Shown here in pieces: positions 42,858 to 57,008 of a DNA stretch of 64,000 nucleotides. Source of the stretch: the human T2T-CHM13v2.0 reference genome, Homo sapiens; assembly GCF_009914755.1 (NCBI RefSeq), contig NC_060938.1; one strand, given 5' to 3'. Below the pieces are notes generated by a model. It was not told the DNA's origin. It saw only the letters and a program-made list of their open reading frames with translations, and did not search any database. A program made the translations under genes and the position numbers. Every line of letters starts with the position of its first letter. The stretch's first letter is position 1.

Positions 42858-45050
42858 TTAATTCAACAAATATTGGCATATTGGTATATGCCAATCTTTG
42901 AAATTGCATGACTGGGAACATAAAACTAACAAGGAATAATACCTGCTCTTAAGGAGCTTACAGTCTCCATTAAGGAAGTAAGACAAGGACCTAATAGTTA
43001 TGATATAAAGCAAAATATCCATAAAAGGGGTGCCAAAAGGTGTTATGGAGTCCAAGAAGTTTATCAGAATAAAAAGTAGCACTTGACACGAATGTTCAAG
43101 AATGAGTAGGACTCCTACCTCAAGATTATAAGCTAGAAGTCACTTAAGTCAAGTGGAATAGTAAGGTAAAGCTTAAATAATTTAGAAAGTGTGAATACGT
43201 TCTAGGGAGAGTATGCTTTTCAGTAAAATTGCAATGCATAGTAATCTGGCAAGATATATTATAAACATTTTAAAAAATATTTGGGTACACACTTAGGATT
43301 TTGTACCTTTGTCAGCATACAATAGGTAGATACTAAGGATCCCTGAGCAGGGGACCAAAATATTTGAGGCTCCACATTCTTGTAAAGGAGTACAGTTATC
43401 TTTAGGAAGACAAATTTGACATGGTTATGATGATGAATCTCGGGTACAAGGGTAATGACATGAGTTAGTATGTATTACAATGTCAAGACAGGTTCTGTCT
43501 GAATTTCTTTGAAAGCAGAATGAAATCTTAAAAGGCTTAGAGATGACAGAATAAGGAAGCAATACTGATTAAGTTTTGGATACAACACATGGAGGCAAAG
43601 ATGATTCTATGGGTTTTGAATATATTTGAACATAGTTGACCAGAAAAATGGGAGCATAATGGTGACCAAATTAACCAAGATAGAGAATTCAGAAGAATAT
43701 CATAATTCAGGAGAAAAAATGTTTTTTAGTGATGAAGTGGAAACTGATTTCTGATTTGGACTGTAGAGTGTATGATTCATCATACATTTTGAATCTATAT
43801 AACAAATATAGTCTGGGAGATTGAAGTCAGTTTGATATCATCCATTGAGATGTAGTTCTTATAATGGGTGGGATGAACATAGACCTATGGAAAACAACTA
43901 CAGTTAAAGATAAAAGAAGAAATAGGTGGTATGTGAAGCAATAGATAGATAGTACTCAAAACAATTAGGAAAAACCAGCAAACACAGTAACACCAACACA
44001 TTTTAATTTCAAAATTAAAAAGTGTGATGAACAATACAAAATGGCTGAAGAGAATGAATCTTCGGGGAAATCTTTTGACTTGGCTTCTAAGGGATCAATA
44101 GAGGGGAAATATAGTCATTCATTGTCATTTAGCAAATATTTGAGACCCTCCTATGAATTTTTTTTAAAGGTAACCAAAACAAGCATATTTCCCCTGGCTT
44201 CCTAGAGCTTACAGTGTAATAGGCTGGTAATTAACTGACAATAATAAAACACACAAATATTCAATTAAACTTTTGAGGAATGTTCTAAGGAAAAGGGTAA
44301 ATATAATAGAGAAAACCTATTTGGCCTAAATGATAAAGAAAGGATTTTCAGAGGAGTGTATGTATAAGCTAAGATCAGGAATGAACTGGACAAAGGAAGA
44401 GGGGCTTAGAGCATTAAGAGACAAAACAAAAGTAGACACAACCCTGAGTATGGAGATGGCACTGGGGAAATGAAAAAAAAAAAGTTCTGAAGCAATGTGA
44501 GTGAAGGTGGTAGGATAATCATTCATTTCTTTATTTAAATCTGATGATAGATTATGAAATATGATATGTCTTGGGGAGTACCAGTGCCCATCAAACAGGA
44601 GCTGTAAGGCTGGATTGGTGAGAAGAAACCAGGTCATGCAGGCTTTATGTCCTACTTTAAGGAATTCTGTCTTTATTTGGTGAGCAACTGGGAGATTTTA
44701 AAAGGCTGCAAGAAGGAGAATGTGTATAGTACTTGCATTTTAAGACAATCACATAAGCTATAACATAGAGAATGACTAGAGACAGCAGGATTGGATGTAA
44801 AGGTCTACAAGAAGAAGTTATTGCAGTATCCTAGCAAGAGTACATGGTAACCTAGTCTGGGGTAGGGACATTAGACATGACAAGATAGATTTGAAATATA
44901 TTCAGGAGGCAAAACAAATAGGTGTGGTGATTGATTGAATAGAGGGAGTGAAGAATGTGGAGGTATCAAGGTTGATTCCCAGTTTTCTGGCTTAAATTTT
45001 AGTGACTGTTGCTGCCATTCCATACAAGAGGAATACTAGAGAAGCATAGG
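42858..45050 (-). mobile_element. Two degenerate L2 elements (about 42858-44090 and 44115-45050)
   Basis: Two minus-strand L2 3' ends (attcaacaaatatt; tcatttagcaaatatttgag), each followed by purine-rich L2 body. Confidence 0.65.
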
Positions 45051-46229
45051 GTATTAATACACGAGTGAAAAACAAAGTTTTAACATTTTTATTCAATAAA
45101 GGTAATGAAAACCATCAATTTAGCTGCATAATCTTAGTCCCATTTCTGACTGATAATAAGCATTGGTCTGATGTTTGGTTGAGAGTAGCAGGTTTGTCCA
45201 TGGAGTTCGTCTCTCCATGTACAGCTAATTAGTATGGGGTTTGAGTCTACAGCACTGGCCTCATTACCACATGCCCAAATCAACAGGGCTAGCCAGGCCA
45301 GACAGATGAAAAGAAATGCATTCACTGTGACGGCGATTACTTTCATATGCAGTGCACTATTTTCCAGAACAAATAAATACAGTTGAGAGACTATAACTAA
45401 GATCAACAAATAATTAGTGTACTGGAAAGAAGGGATAAAAGTGGGAAAAGTCTTAAAGCACATGTCCATTATATTCCAACACAGAAATTCTGCATGTTTC
45501 TTCTGGCATTTAAACTCATCATTGTTACCAATCATTAATACATATATTATAGTTTTCATGAACTCACAATCAAGATTTTTTCTTTTCTTCCAACTAATAT
45601 TCCCAGCCTAAACTTTGAATTAAGTATCTTCACCAAGTAGAGCATATTTTGACTCTTCAACCTACTTGATTTCCTCTGCCAATGTGCGCCATTAAGTAAT
45701 ATTTGCCTTTGATAATTATCCTGTTTTCAGTATCCCAGCACATCCCTAGGACTTCACTAGGCAGACGTGGTTCTCCTTACTGTATTATACTTCCCTTGTA
45801 GAATGCCTAAAGCTTTATTTTCTAGGCCAAATCTAGAAAGGATCCACTTTTGAAAAATAAAACCCCCAAAGAAAACTTTTCCTTGCACTAAACCATTTTC
45901 TTCCTTTTCTCTCATCAGGTGTTTTCCTTCTTTTTTTTAAGACAACAACATTAACATATGCTCAATGTAAAAAAAAAAAAAGTACCCAGAAAGAAAATAG
46001 AAAATGAATAAAAAAGGAAACTGCTTCATTATATCTACCAGGCAGTAAGAATCCTAGCAATTTAGGGTATACATGTTTTTATAAATATATCAGATGACAT
46101 TTAACTTTATGTATTTTTTTTAGCCTAACAACATATAGTGTACATATTTATATGTTAATACATATATCCTATGTTAAGTTTGAGCCCATTTTCTTAAACA
46201 GATTCTTGCTTCTCTCTTCCACAAATAAA

Positions 46230-46670
46230 TCATTTTTCAGTTCTTTCATAAGTAGTGTTTGAGACAAGGGTTTCAATGCAGTGTTTTATCTGGATGGTGA
46301 TGCCAGTAAATTCTGAGATGTGAGGAAATGAGAAAGGGAAGTTAAGACAACCAATAAAGGATTGCTCTTGATCCAGGGACCATGGTGAGTAATAAACTCG
46401 GTCTCACTGGAGAACTCTGGGTGTCTATAAAACAGGCTCCTCAGAGCTATTCTCCCTCAGGGATGGAAAGCTGAGGAGTTGATCCAAGGCTGCTGGTGCA
46501 GGGTGGGGAAACAGGAGAGTGGTTGTGGTGGTGTTAAATGTCTGACACTTTTGAATGACAATCATGGATAGGTCCTAGTTCCTGAAAAAATCTCACATGC
46601 AATCAGCTGTCCTCAGGATGCACTGTGCTATTAAAGCTGGAGTAGATATAAGAGCACAAATGCTTTATGT
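46230..46670 (-). mobile_element. Ancient ERVL-type LTR fragment
   Basis: tgagacaagggtttcaatgcagtgttttatctggatggtgatgccag...ctcactggagaactctggg. Confidence 0.4.
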
Positions 46671-47119
46671 CATGCTCCCTTTCTGATGGGCAATTAGATC
46701 GTTTCCATTTCTTTCAACATTATGAACTACCACAATATCCTTATATATAATTCTTTGTATGACTGATTTTTTACATGATATAATTCCTATTAGTGATATT
46801 AAAGGGTAATACAAAAAATTCAAGGTTGTAATCTGTGGGTATGTTTTGGGATAAAGAGAGGCAACTTTCTTCTTCTTAAATGAATGTTTCTATGGAATGT
46901 CAGATAATATATAATTAACTTTAAATGTTACCTTCTAAATTTAGATTTAATACTTAAAATATCTAACTTTTAGCCACATTTATTTGATAATTTTACATAT
47001 TTCATCATTGCTATGAAAAAAGCCAGTACTTTGAGTTAAAATAAATGTACCTAACATAATACAAGTCTAAAAATTTGTTTTATTTTCTATTTTAAGGGCA
47101 ACGTTGATTTGAAAATTAC

Positions 47120-48375
47120 AATGGCAAGAAAATATTTAGTAGTTAAGCCTAGACAAAGCATCCTTAGACTTTACATCAAAAAAGCACAATCCATAAAGGA
47201 AAAATAAATAAATTGGACCTTATCAAAACTAAAAACTTTTTCTCTGCAAAATACCATGTGAAAAGGATGATAAGACAAGGTGCAGGCAGGGAGAAAATAT
47301 TTGAACACCACACATCTGGCAAATGACTTTGATGTTGAATATAAAAAGAGCTCTCAAAACTAAACCATTTAAAAATGCAATTATAAAACAAGCAAAGGAC
47401 ATGATTAGACATTTCACAGAAGAGGAGATTCAGATGGCAAATGAAAAGATGTTCCACTTTATTAGCTTTTAGGAAAATGCAAACTAAAACCGCAATGAGA
47501 TATCACTATACACCTATCAGAATAGTTAAAACAAAAACAAAACAGTGACAATAACATATGTTGGTGAGAATGTACAGAAATTTGATCACTCATACATTGT
47601 TGGCAGAAATGCAAAATGATATACTCACTCTGGAAAGCAATTTGGCAGTTTCTTATACAACTAAACATGCAACTACTATGTTGCATGCCATTATACTCCT
47701 GGACATTTATCTCAGAGTAATGGAAATCTAAGTTCACAGGAAAATGTGTACATGAATGTTTGTAGCAGCTTTATTTATAATAGCCCTGCACTGGAAACAA
47801 TCCAGATGTCCTTCAATGGATAAATGGTTACACAAAAGGTAGTACGTGCATACTACACAATATTACTCAGCAATAAAAAGGCACAATCTATTGATACATA
47901 CCACAACTTGGATAAATCTCCAAGAAATTAGGCTGAAAAAAGCAACTCCCCAATATTTATGTAGCGTATAATACCATTTATGTAACATTCTTGAATTGAC
48001 AAAACTGTAGAAATGGAGAACAGATTAATTGTTGCCAGTGGTGTAGAATTAGCTGGCCAAAGGGAGATGTATTGTCAAAAGGCAACACTAGAGCGATCCT
48101 TGTGGTGATTGAACTGTTGTGTATTGACTGTGGTGATGGATACATGAACCTATAGATGTGTTTAAAATACACAGAATTAAATACACACTTACACGCAAGC
48201 ACAAATAAAACTGGGGAACAAGATTAGTGGATTGTATCAATGTCGATGTGTTTGTGATATTGTACTACAGTCTTAAAAGTTATCATTGGGGGAAAACAGG
48301 TAAAGTGTATATGAAACCTTTGTGTTATCTCTTACAACTGCATGTAAATCTATGTCAAAATAAAAGGTTAAATTT
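47120..48375 (+). mobile_element. L1MC/MD 3' region
   Basis: ORF2 C-terminal and 3' UTR motifs, ending cttacaactgcatgtaaatcta..tcaaaataaaag. Confidence 0.85.
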
Positions 48376-48789
48376 TTACAAATTAGCAACATTTCTGTCT
48401 AGAATATATGTACATATATAAATATTAATGATTAACTTTTGAAGAATGCCAAACTTGTGCTTATTCACTAAAAAATGTCTAATTTTTCTAATTGTTTACA
48501 TTCTAAAATAAGCATGATTATTCAAAAGTCATTTATATTAGAAAGTAATACCAGAGAACTTACTTCATTTGAGGGCTAATACAATTTATGTCAGTTACAT
48601 AACAATATTAAAATATTTGCATCATTAAAATATTGTGGAAAATTCTTCCTTGTCTATCCTCAAGATAAAACAAGGTTAAAAAAAGGGTTTTTCATGAAAA
48701 AAATTTAAAATTATTTAGAAGACAGATTACTGCATTAAGCCATTATTTTGAAAAAAAAATCTAAAATGGTTTCTTTGCTAAATATTATA

Positions 48790-49140
48790 CCTGATATGCA
48801 TTACCTCATTTAATCATCATGGCATCATGAGATGGGTATTATTATTGCTGCGCCTTTTTTTTACAGGTGAGTAAGCACTTACGTAGCACTTCTTATTTAC
48901 CAGTAATATTCTAAGTGTTTTACATATATTAGCTCATAAATTAGGCAATATACTACCTCCTTTTACACATGAAGGAATGGAGGGAAATTGTATAGGAAGA
49001 ATCCAGGCAGTCTGGCTCCAGACTGCTCTATGGTGTGTCCAAGGGACACTAAGGAACAGAGAACTTAAACCATCTACATAAGGTCACACAGCTACTAATG
49101 GTAAAATCACGATTTGAACGTACATTCTTTCCACTACACC
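48790..49140 (-). mobile_element. MIR elements (nested)
   Basis: ctcatttaatcatca...ttttacaggtgag; aaggtcacacagctactaatgg...gatttgaac. Confidence 0.65.
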
Positions 49141-49391
49141 AATGTTTACCAAATTCTGATTTTTTGATCATATACACCAGAATTATTTAAGCAGCTTGTT
49201 TAAAACCTAGGCCCTCTCCCTTCCACCATCTCTATTGACCGTAAACCTCTGGTGCCAAAACCTTGGAATCTCAATTGTCAATAACCATCCTAGGAGGTTT
49301 TGATTAACATTAAATTCCCAATCTGGCTGCATTCTAATACACAAAGCAGGTTTCCTATGAGATTCAAATGAAATATCTGGAATAATTATAA

Positions 49392-49774
<383 letters not shown>

Positions 49775-49971
49775 AGTTAATGTTTAATTTTTAAGAACAC
49801 TTTAACATCTCTGAAATAGGACTGACTGTTAAAACTGGTGGTTCTTGTAATCACAATAAAAACAGGTTTTTTTTTCTTCTTCATGCTACGTAAAATAATG
49901 TTGCTGTAGATTTGTTAATGTATGCAGGTTCACTGGGTATTAAAATACAAGGGACATTGCTTATTAAGCAC

Positions 49972-49973
49972 TA

Positions 49974-50012
<39 letters not shown>
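49972..50012. repeat. (TA)n followed by poly-T
   Basis: Directly visible in the sequence. Confidence 0.95.
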
Positions 50013-50369
50013 GCTCCTGGGTCACATGTGAAAGGGTGCCCTTCTACATGCCGTAAGAGTCAGGGTTCTGGAAAAAAAATCGTAAGTCTTCCATCATATG
50101 TAGAATCACATATACTACGTGTAAGTCACTAACCCATGAACAGATAAAATAATGAGTTTGAGAACACTTTGAAAATGATAAATCATTATGTAAATGCTGT
50201 GTGTGTATGAATGTAAGCATAAGCATGGGCTTGAAGTAATATTATTAGAGAAAGTAGAAATAACTTGATGCTCATTTCCAAACTTGGCACATGTGCATTG
50301 TAACAGACATCATGATTTTCAACATTCTTCTTTTTCTTTCTCTAATAATAGGAAGCATATCAGTAAAGA

Positions 50370-50600
50370 GTGCTCTTTAATGCTTGCTATACTCTAGGAA
50401 ATTATTTAAGTGCTTTTCACAGATTATCTCATTTGAGCCTCCCATGAATCCTGTAAAATACCATATTATTACTGTAGCTATTATGCCTATTTTACAGGAG
50501 AAAAAAACTGAGTTGTAGGAACATTAAATAAGTTGATTAAAATTACTTAATGAGAAAGTGCTAGAGTAAAAGTGTGAGCAGAAGCACTCTGAGACAGGAA
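50370..50600 (-). mobile_element. MIR
   Basis: aagtgcttttcacagattatctcatttga...cctattttacaggag...aaactgag. Confidence 0.65.
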
Positions 50601-52602
50601 TTTGCTTGTTGAAATATGTCTTAAAGTAAAATTTACTGTAAACTAACCTACATTATGTGACTTCACATAACACAGGAAGGAGAAAGTGGACAGAGAAGCC
50701 AAGATGTAAATAGTCACTGAAAAGGAAAGAGGAGAAAGCAAGAAGAACATGAGGTAAAATATTTGCAAATGTGTTTATTGCAACTCCTTTTCAAACTTAC
50801 TTGATTTGAACACTTTATTTTCACTTTCTAGATTTTATGTCTCTACCAAATGAATTTGATTACAAAATTTTCCTTTTGTCTCTCTTGTACTGATGTGAGC
50901 ACTCATTTAACTAATTTCATTTTAACTACATTATCCATATCTATTCATATTGTCCCCATCTATGTGACTTCATTGTCTATGATTCTGTTCTATAAACTCT
51001 GCAATTCTGTTCTTTGATCCACTGCATGTATCTGACAGTTGGACATTCTTCTCATTCTATCTACGTTTTCTGTATTGGGCATGCAAGCTGAACCTATTCT
51101 CAGGAAAATTATGAAATGAATGTAGTCTTTCAAGTCCTATACATCTTCTTTTAGCATGCTTCTGCTTCTTTTTCCTAGTGCTTTCTGGTAAGTTATCTCA
51201 GCCTATTATTATAGTTATTGGGAAGATTTTGATCGGATAAAATGTACCCCATATTATTAGGGACTCATATATTTCTCTTATGAAAGTATTTGTAGTTTAA
51301 AGGAATACTAAATGGAAAAAAGTAGCACTAAGGATGAAGGAATGGATAACTGAATGGCAAACTGCAGAATAATTGCATCATATTCTAGAGTGGGGGGACT
51401 AATTCAGAATGGGTACCCTTCCAGCACCCCCAGATATGACTGCATTGGAAAAAGCCTTTTGGATACATTCAAAATCTCAGTCTTGTACAAGATATTACCA
51501 AAATCTGAAAAAAGAAAGATGTATGTTTCTTTCATTAAAAATTTACAACAGACATTGTAGTACTTATTTTTCATTTACTTAATAATTATTATTTGGCTGC
51601 CATATATTAGCACCATACCATCCTTATATTTTGGACTCAACAGCCTGTTAAATTGTGTTAGTTTTGAAAATTAAAAAATGTAATTCAAAGCAGAAACAAG
51701 TTAAAATAATAAAAATTAACAGTCCTCTCTATTCAATACTGTTCCCAATTTTGAAAATTAATTTGTTTCTTATTATTTTATTCCATTCGTAAGAATCTAG
51801 TTTCTGCTACATGAACTATTACCTAAAATAGTCTTAATTTTAAAATTTTGTTTTACAATTCAAATTATCATACAACTCTGAAAAATATTTGCATGTCTGA
51901 GTATACTACACTTCAAGTTTAGATCCCAAGAAATATATACTGCAGCAAACTCTAGAAAGGAGCTAAGATTTTGAATTTAGCTGGAGCTTATATGATCCTA
52001 CTGATGTAAAATGAAGCATAATATTCTATAATTAATACATTTTAGTTATAGAGATTCCCTAGTATTATTTTCATGTATAATTATGATATCTAACACAAAA
52101 TATACAGAATTTGTCTAATTTTCCTTAGTTTAAACATATAATGATTTTCTTTGCAGAAACATTAACATTTGCTCTTTTATTAAGAAATACAATTGTTTTC
52201 TGTAAAACTAAGAAGTGCTAGAAAGTTATGTTGCAAATGGTTAAACTGTTTCTTCAGTTGGCTTCTCATTTTTTCTCAATATATAGGAGATCTCTTCTAT
52301 GAAATTACATTGATTTTATTAGTGAAAGATGAAGTTGGTGCTCATTTCTAGGCTAACTGAGTAAGTTCTGGTCTAAATATGGCTCTAAATCATAAATTAT
52401 TTCGATAATCACTAATTCAGTAGTCTCCATAGAACCGTGACTTACAATTTACCTAGGTTCAATAAAGACTACTGAAGATGTGAATGACACATCCTTGCGA
52501 TGGAAGAGGTTACTGTTTCATTTGGGAAGCAAGTATGTAGACAACTAAAGACTACGGGAAATACAAATTTAGGTAAGATCCTTAATTCAACTAAAATAGC
52601 AT

Positions 52603-52782
52603 ATGAAAAATAAACAGCAATTAAACATAGTTAGAAGGAAAATAAAATAAAATGAAAAATAAACAGCAATGAAATGAAAAATAAACAGCAATTAAAAAAT
52701 AAACATAGAATTAAAAAATAAAATAAAATAGCAATTAAAAAATACAATGAAAAATAAACAGCAATTAAACATAGTTAGAAGG
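52603..52782. repeat. Complex A-rich local duplication (36-bp exact direct repeat enclosing partial copies)
   Basis: ATGAAAAATAAACAGCAATTAAACATAGTTAGAAGG at 52603-52638 and 52747-52782. Confidence 0.9.
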
Positions 52783-55700
52783 CAGTTGGGGGCTGATTTT
52801 TGAACACTGTTAATGAATCTGTTAATGTTAATTGTATCTGCATTTCCAAAATTTCTTAGGTTTATTTATATATATAATACCAAAAATAAAGATAAAATTA
52901 AGCTAAAATGTCAGTAGGGAAACAACGATAAGCAAGTTAATTTTTAGAATACCCTTTATACTTTGGTTCATTCAATCACTGTCAAGCAATATTATTTGTT
53001 TCTCCCAGAAAACTCACATTCATCCTAGTGTCCCCATGAAATATGTGATTAAAACTATCTTCCTGAATTACATTAGCACCATTAAACCGCAATTATTTCA
53101 CATATCATACAGAAGCCCAGAGTTACTAAACTGAGTTATAATTCTTAAATGACATTAATTCAGGAAGATTTTAGTGCCTGTTTGTTTAACACAATCTTAT
53201 AAATAATCCCTTAGAAAGGATGTAAAAATCCACACATATCTTAATGGGCTAATTGTGCTCACTGCAGTGTTGAGTCTATAAAAGCTTTTCAATAGTGAAA
53301 GAAATGATGGCATTTTCATCTTAAATTGCAAACATAATTGCTTTTCTAAATATCTTTTTGTTTCTAACTTAAATGCTATTGAGAGCAGAAATTTCCCCAA
53401 AACACTAATAGAGTATTTAACATAATTTCATTTATTGAAAAAAAATCCAAGGGAAAATAACATACAGCTATCTGAAACTATTTAGCAGGAAGAAAATACC
53501 AAAAGGAATGAAATTAAAACTAAACTTTGAGATTTCAAATGAAACTAATATTCAATATAAATTTAACACAATGTATATTTGATTAAACTTACACATTTAA
53601 ATATATTGATAAGACTCAAGAAATAAAAATGATATCCTGGAAACCCAGGACAACAATTAAGAGCCATACAAAAACGAACTGAAACTAACAAGCTAATCCC
53701 TATTTTATAGAATTTCCCATTGTTTTATTGAAAAATAAGAATACACTTTAGCTCAACTCATGGAAAATTAGTACAATTGAAATTAAATTCAATCAGTTGT
53801 AAATATTTCCTCGAGAAAACTATTTCAGTTTCTACCCAGAGTTTAACCTCTGCCCTACTCAACATTTTGAATTCCAGTTCCCTAATTTCAATATATTCAA
53901 TGTAGGTTCAGGGTAGTGATATCACCACTCATAATTTATTAAGCTTTAAATTAATATATTAATAAAGTCATCCATATACAAATATATGGAATATTTCTCC
54001 CTTTCTAAGCCTCGCTTCTTTTTCTAAGCAGACATGAACATATGGATTGATTCAGAACTGACATAGTTCACATACAGATTTCAAGTCTTTAGTCTTTCTT
54101 TTTCTATGTAATAACAACATACATGTTTACTGATAAATATTGTGGATATTCGGCAAAGAACATTTTATATTAGATTTGAAAAAAGTTCCGATCATTCTGT
54201 GGTAGCTTTTCTCCTACACAGAAGTAGAAAATGCCAGACATTGCTTTTTAAAAATAAGCGCTAAGAAAACTAATAAACTGATTAGCCACAAAGGGAACAT
54301 TGTAGGAAAGGAAATAGCTTGGGATTGAACCCTATGATTTTATTGTTTTCACAGAAAATGCAATAACTCCTCATTGACATCAACTACCCAGTTGCAAGAA
54401 GAGTGTACCTTCTGCTTTGGTGAGACACAGATGACACAATTAGTAAACAGTAGTCATCAACCAAGAAGCAAATTAATTTGGGGTAAAGATTTTCCAGTTT
54501 AAATGTCTGTTGATTGGCCCTCATCTTTGAAAGGCACATTAAAAAAAAAGTTTTGTGGTAAATAATATGCATTCACAAGAATACTTGGAAATCAGTCTAT
54601 AAAAATCAGATTATTCCATCACCATCTTTCAAATCACTAATCAGAGCAAAGAAAAATCGATCATGTAAAACACCACAGCCAGGTTCATACAGTCTTAATT
54701 ACATAACTAAATGAATTAATTGTTCTTCAAGTTACACATTTTATTGACATATATGTTTATTATAAAGTTTTTAAAATAAAAATGCATGTTTGGTGAAGTT
54801 AATACAATTGTAATTTGTATTTCATCATATTTTAAAATACAAAAGAATTGAATTGCTTTTACTCTATTACATGATGTAACTGACTAGCTGGGTTGTAATT
54901 CTCAATATTATAATTATCATAATTCATTGCCATGCCGAAGTCAATTCTGTGATATGTGTGAAATAAAATACCTTTAGTTTAGCCTATTGCATGACATTGT
55001 GGTGTACCATGCATCTTTCAAATCTCTTAAAGAAAAGTTAATGGCAGGCCAAACTTGTGACAAAGTACTGTGAATAACACGGAAGGAGGAAACATTTTAA
55101 ACGGGGATATATAGCATATTGTGATTTGTGGTGGAATTAAAAAACACGTAGCAGGAAAAAGAAAAAAAAAGAGTGTACCTAGGTATGTATATAATGTACT
55201 TAAGAGAGGACTCAGATTTTTAAAATGGACAAAATAAAAATTGCATTATTTTTAAATACTGCATAGTCAATGAGCATTTGATGTAAATCTTACAAATATG
55301 GTTGGGTGTTTTCTTCTCAGTTTAGGGCTTGTTGAAAAGTAGTACTATTAGGCATAGTTTGGCACTTCTGGCAATGTTAGTGACTTTAGTGAATTTCATT
55401 ATATCTATGATGCATTTTATATATCACTACAAAGAAATGCTGCCAATTGCAATTAAAATAGGCCCAATTGCAGAGATGTTAACATGTAGAGAGACAAGCA
55501 TTCTTGAACTCATGAAATAGAATAATACTCCAAATTAATTGGGATCAATTACTGGCAATAAGAGATTACATGGTATATTCTTTCTTCCACAACATTAAAA
55601 ACTCCATTGCCTGGTGCCTCTCTATAAAAGAACAAAAAATATTGGCATCAATTACACTTTAAATATGTTATCAAAATGGAAAAGGAAAAATATGTTGGTG

Positions 55701-56960
55701 AGTCCAGTTCATAATAAATACAAAAAATATTAGGAAAAGGAAGGCAGTTGCTAAATGAGTGTTTTAAAAGTTTCATTATTTTTACTAATATTAAAGAAGA
55801 GGTTACTTAACAAAATTTACATTTCACTTATCCCAATCTTTTAAAATTTCTGCATTTTATCCATTTACTTTCAATTAAAGCAACTGAACATATGATCTGT
55901 AGTGAAAAACGTTGATTCAAATTGTTTGTTGGTTTACGTGAATGATCCAGAACCCACTTGAGATATACGTTTTATTACCATCTCAATAAGTTTGATTGCT
56001 TTGCACTTCTTCTGATTGCCCCTTTGTTCTTCACATTCATCTGCAACTTTTAAAAAATTTAATCAAAATTAATTTGTGGTACCAGCCAGTTCTCATCAAC
56101 TTCTGAAGCATTGTGTATTCTTACTGTTTGAGAGGGTAGGAAAGATTTTAGTATTTTATAAATGCTTAGTAGTAGGATTGAAACTTTTTCTTACAGTTAC
56201 TTCTTTGTGCAGGATTACTTAGAATAATAGGACATTTGATTGTTTACCTGAAAAGGACACATGTATATTTAAATATTCTGAATACAGTCTTTTTTATTTT
56301 TTATTTTTTTGCAAAAGCCTCACTGAAATCAACTTAAAGATCAAGGGAGGGAGAGGCAATGAGTTAAGAGTCTCCTTTTAGATCTAAAACATTTTCATTG
56401 CTATTATCAGGAATGAGAGTGCTGAAAATCAATTAAAAAGGGTGATCTACTGATAAGAGATAGTGGAGAAAAGGGGCTAGTTGCCACAAAATGGAAGTCA
56501 AGGTGAAGAGAAATTTTGTAAAACGTAAAAGAAATGCCCCAGATATTGTGTACTTGAATCTCTTTGGTCTGATAAAGTATATGGGTTACTGTGAAACTCT
56601 GAAAAAATTTTAAGATGTCTAATTCATTCAAATAAGTTATGAAACTCATTTGTTTATTATGTTTAATTTAAAGGACTTGGTTCAGATCAATTCCATCACT
56701 ACCTAAATATTCAAACTGGTCCCCTTTTGAACTGACTGAAAATAGACATTAAATTCCAGGTTCATATATGTTTCATATTTTACCTTCAAAGGTTTAACTG
56801 CTTTCTGCATGTATTACAATATAGGGGAGTGCATCAGGGAGTTCCTATTAAAATTTCTTTCTGCAGACATTAAGGTATGTGGAGCACTGAAGATTTATCC
56901 CATGGTAACCAATAAATTGTATAACTAATTTCATTTTAGTGATAAGTGAACATTGCTCAA

Positions 56961-57008
56961 CAAACACACATACTGCTTGTCATACCTTACCTGGAAAGAG
57001 GCTTTATT
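56961..57008 (-). terminator. MDGA2: Polyadenylation signal AATAAA plus downstream GU-rich element
   Basis: Plus-strand tttatt at 57003-57008; caaacacaca at 56961-56970 reads UGUGUGUUUG about 33 nt downstream in the mRNA. Confidence 0.75.

Noticed and set aside
45134-45559. Longest ORF in the track (141 aa, hydrophobic)
   Set aside because: No recognisable homology, and hydrophobic ORFs arise readily in T-rich DNA.
52603-52782. CRISPR-like array (36-bp direct repeats)
   Set aside because: Only two full copies, the intervening sequence derives from the repeat itself, the context is eukaryotic and there are no cas genes.
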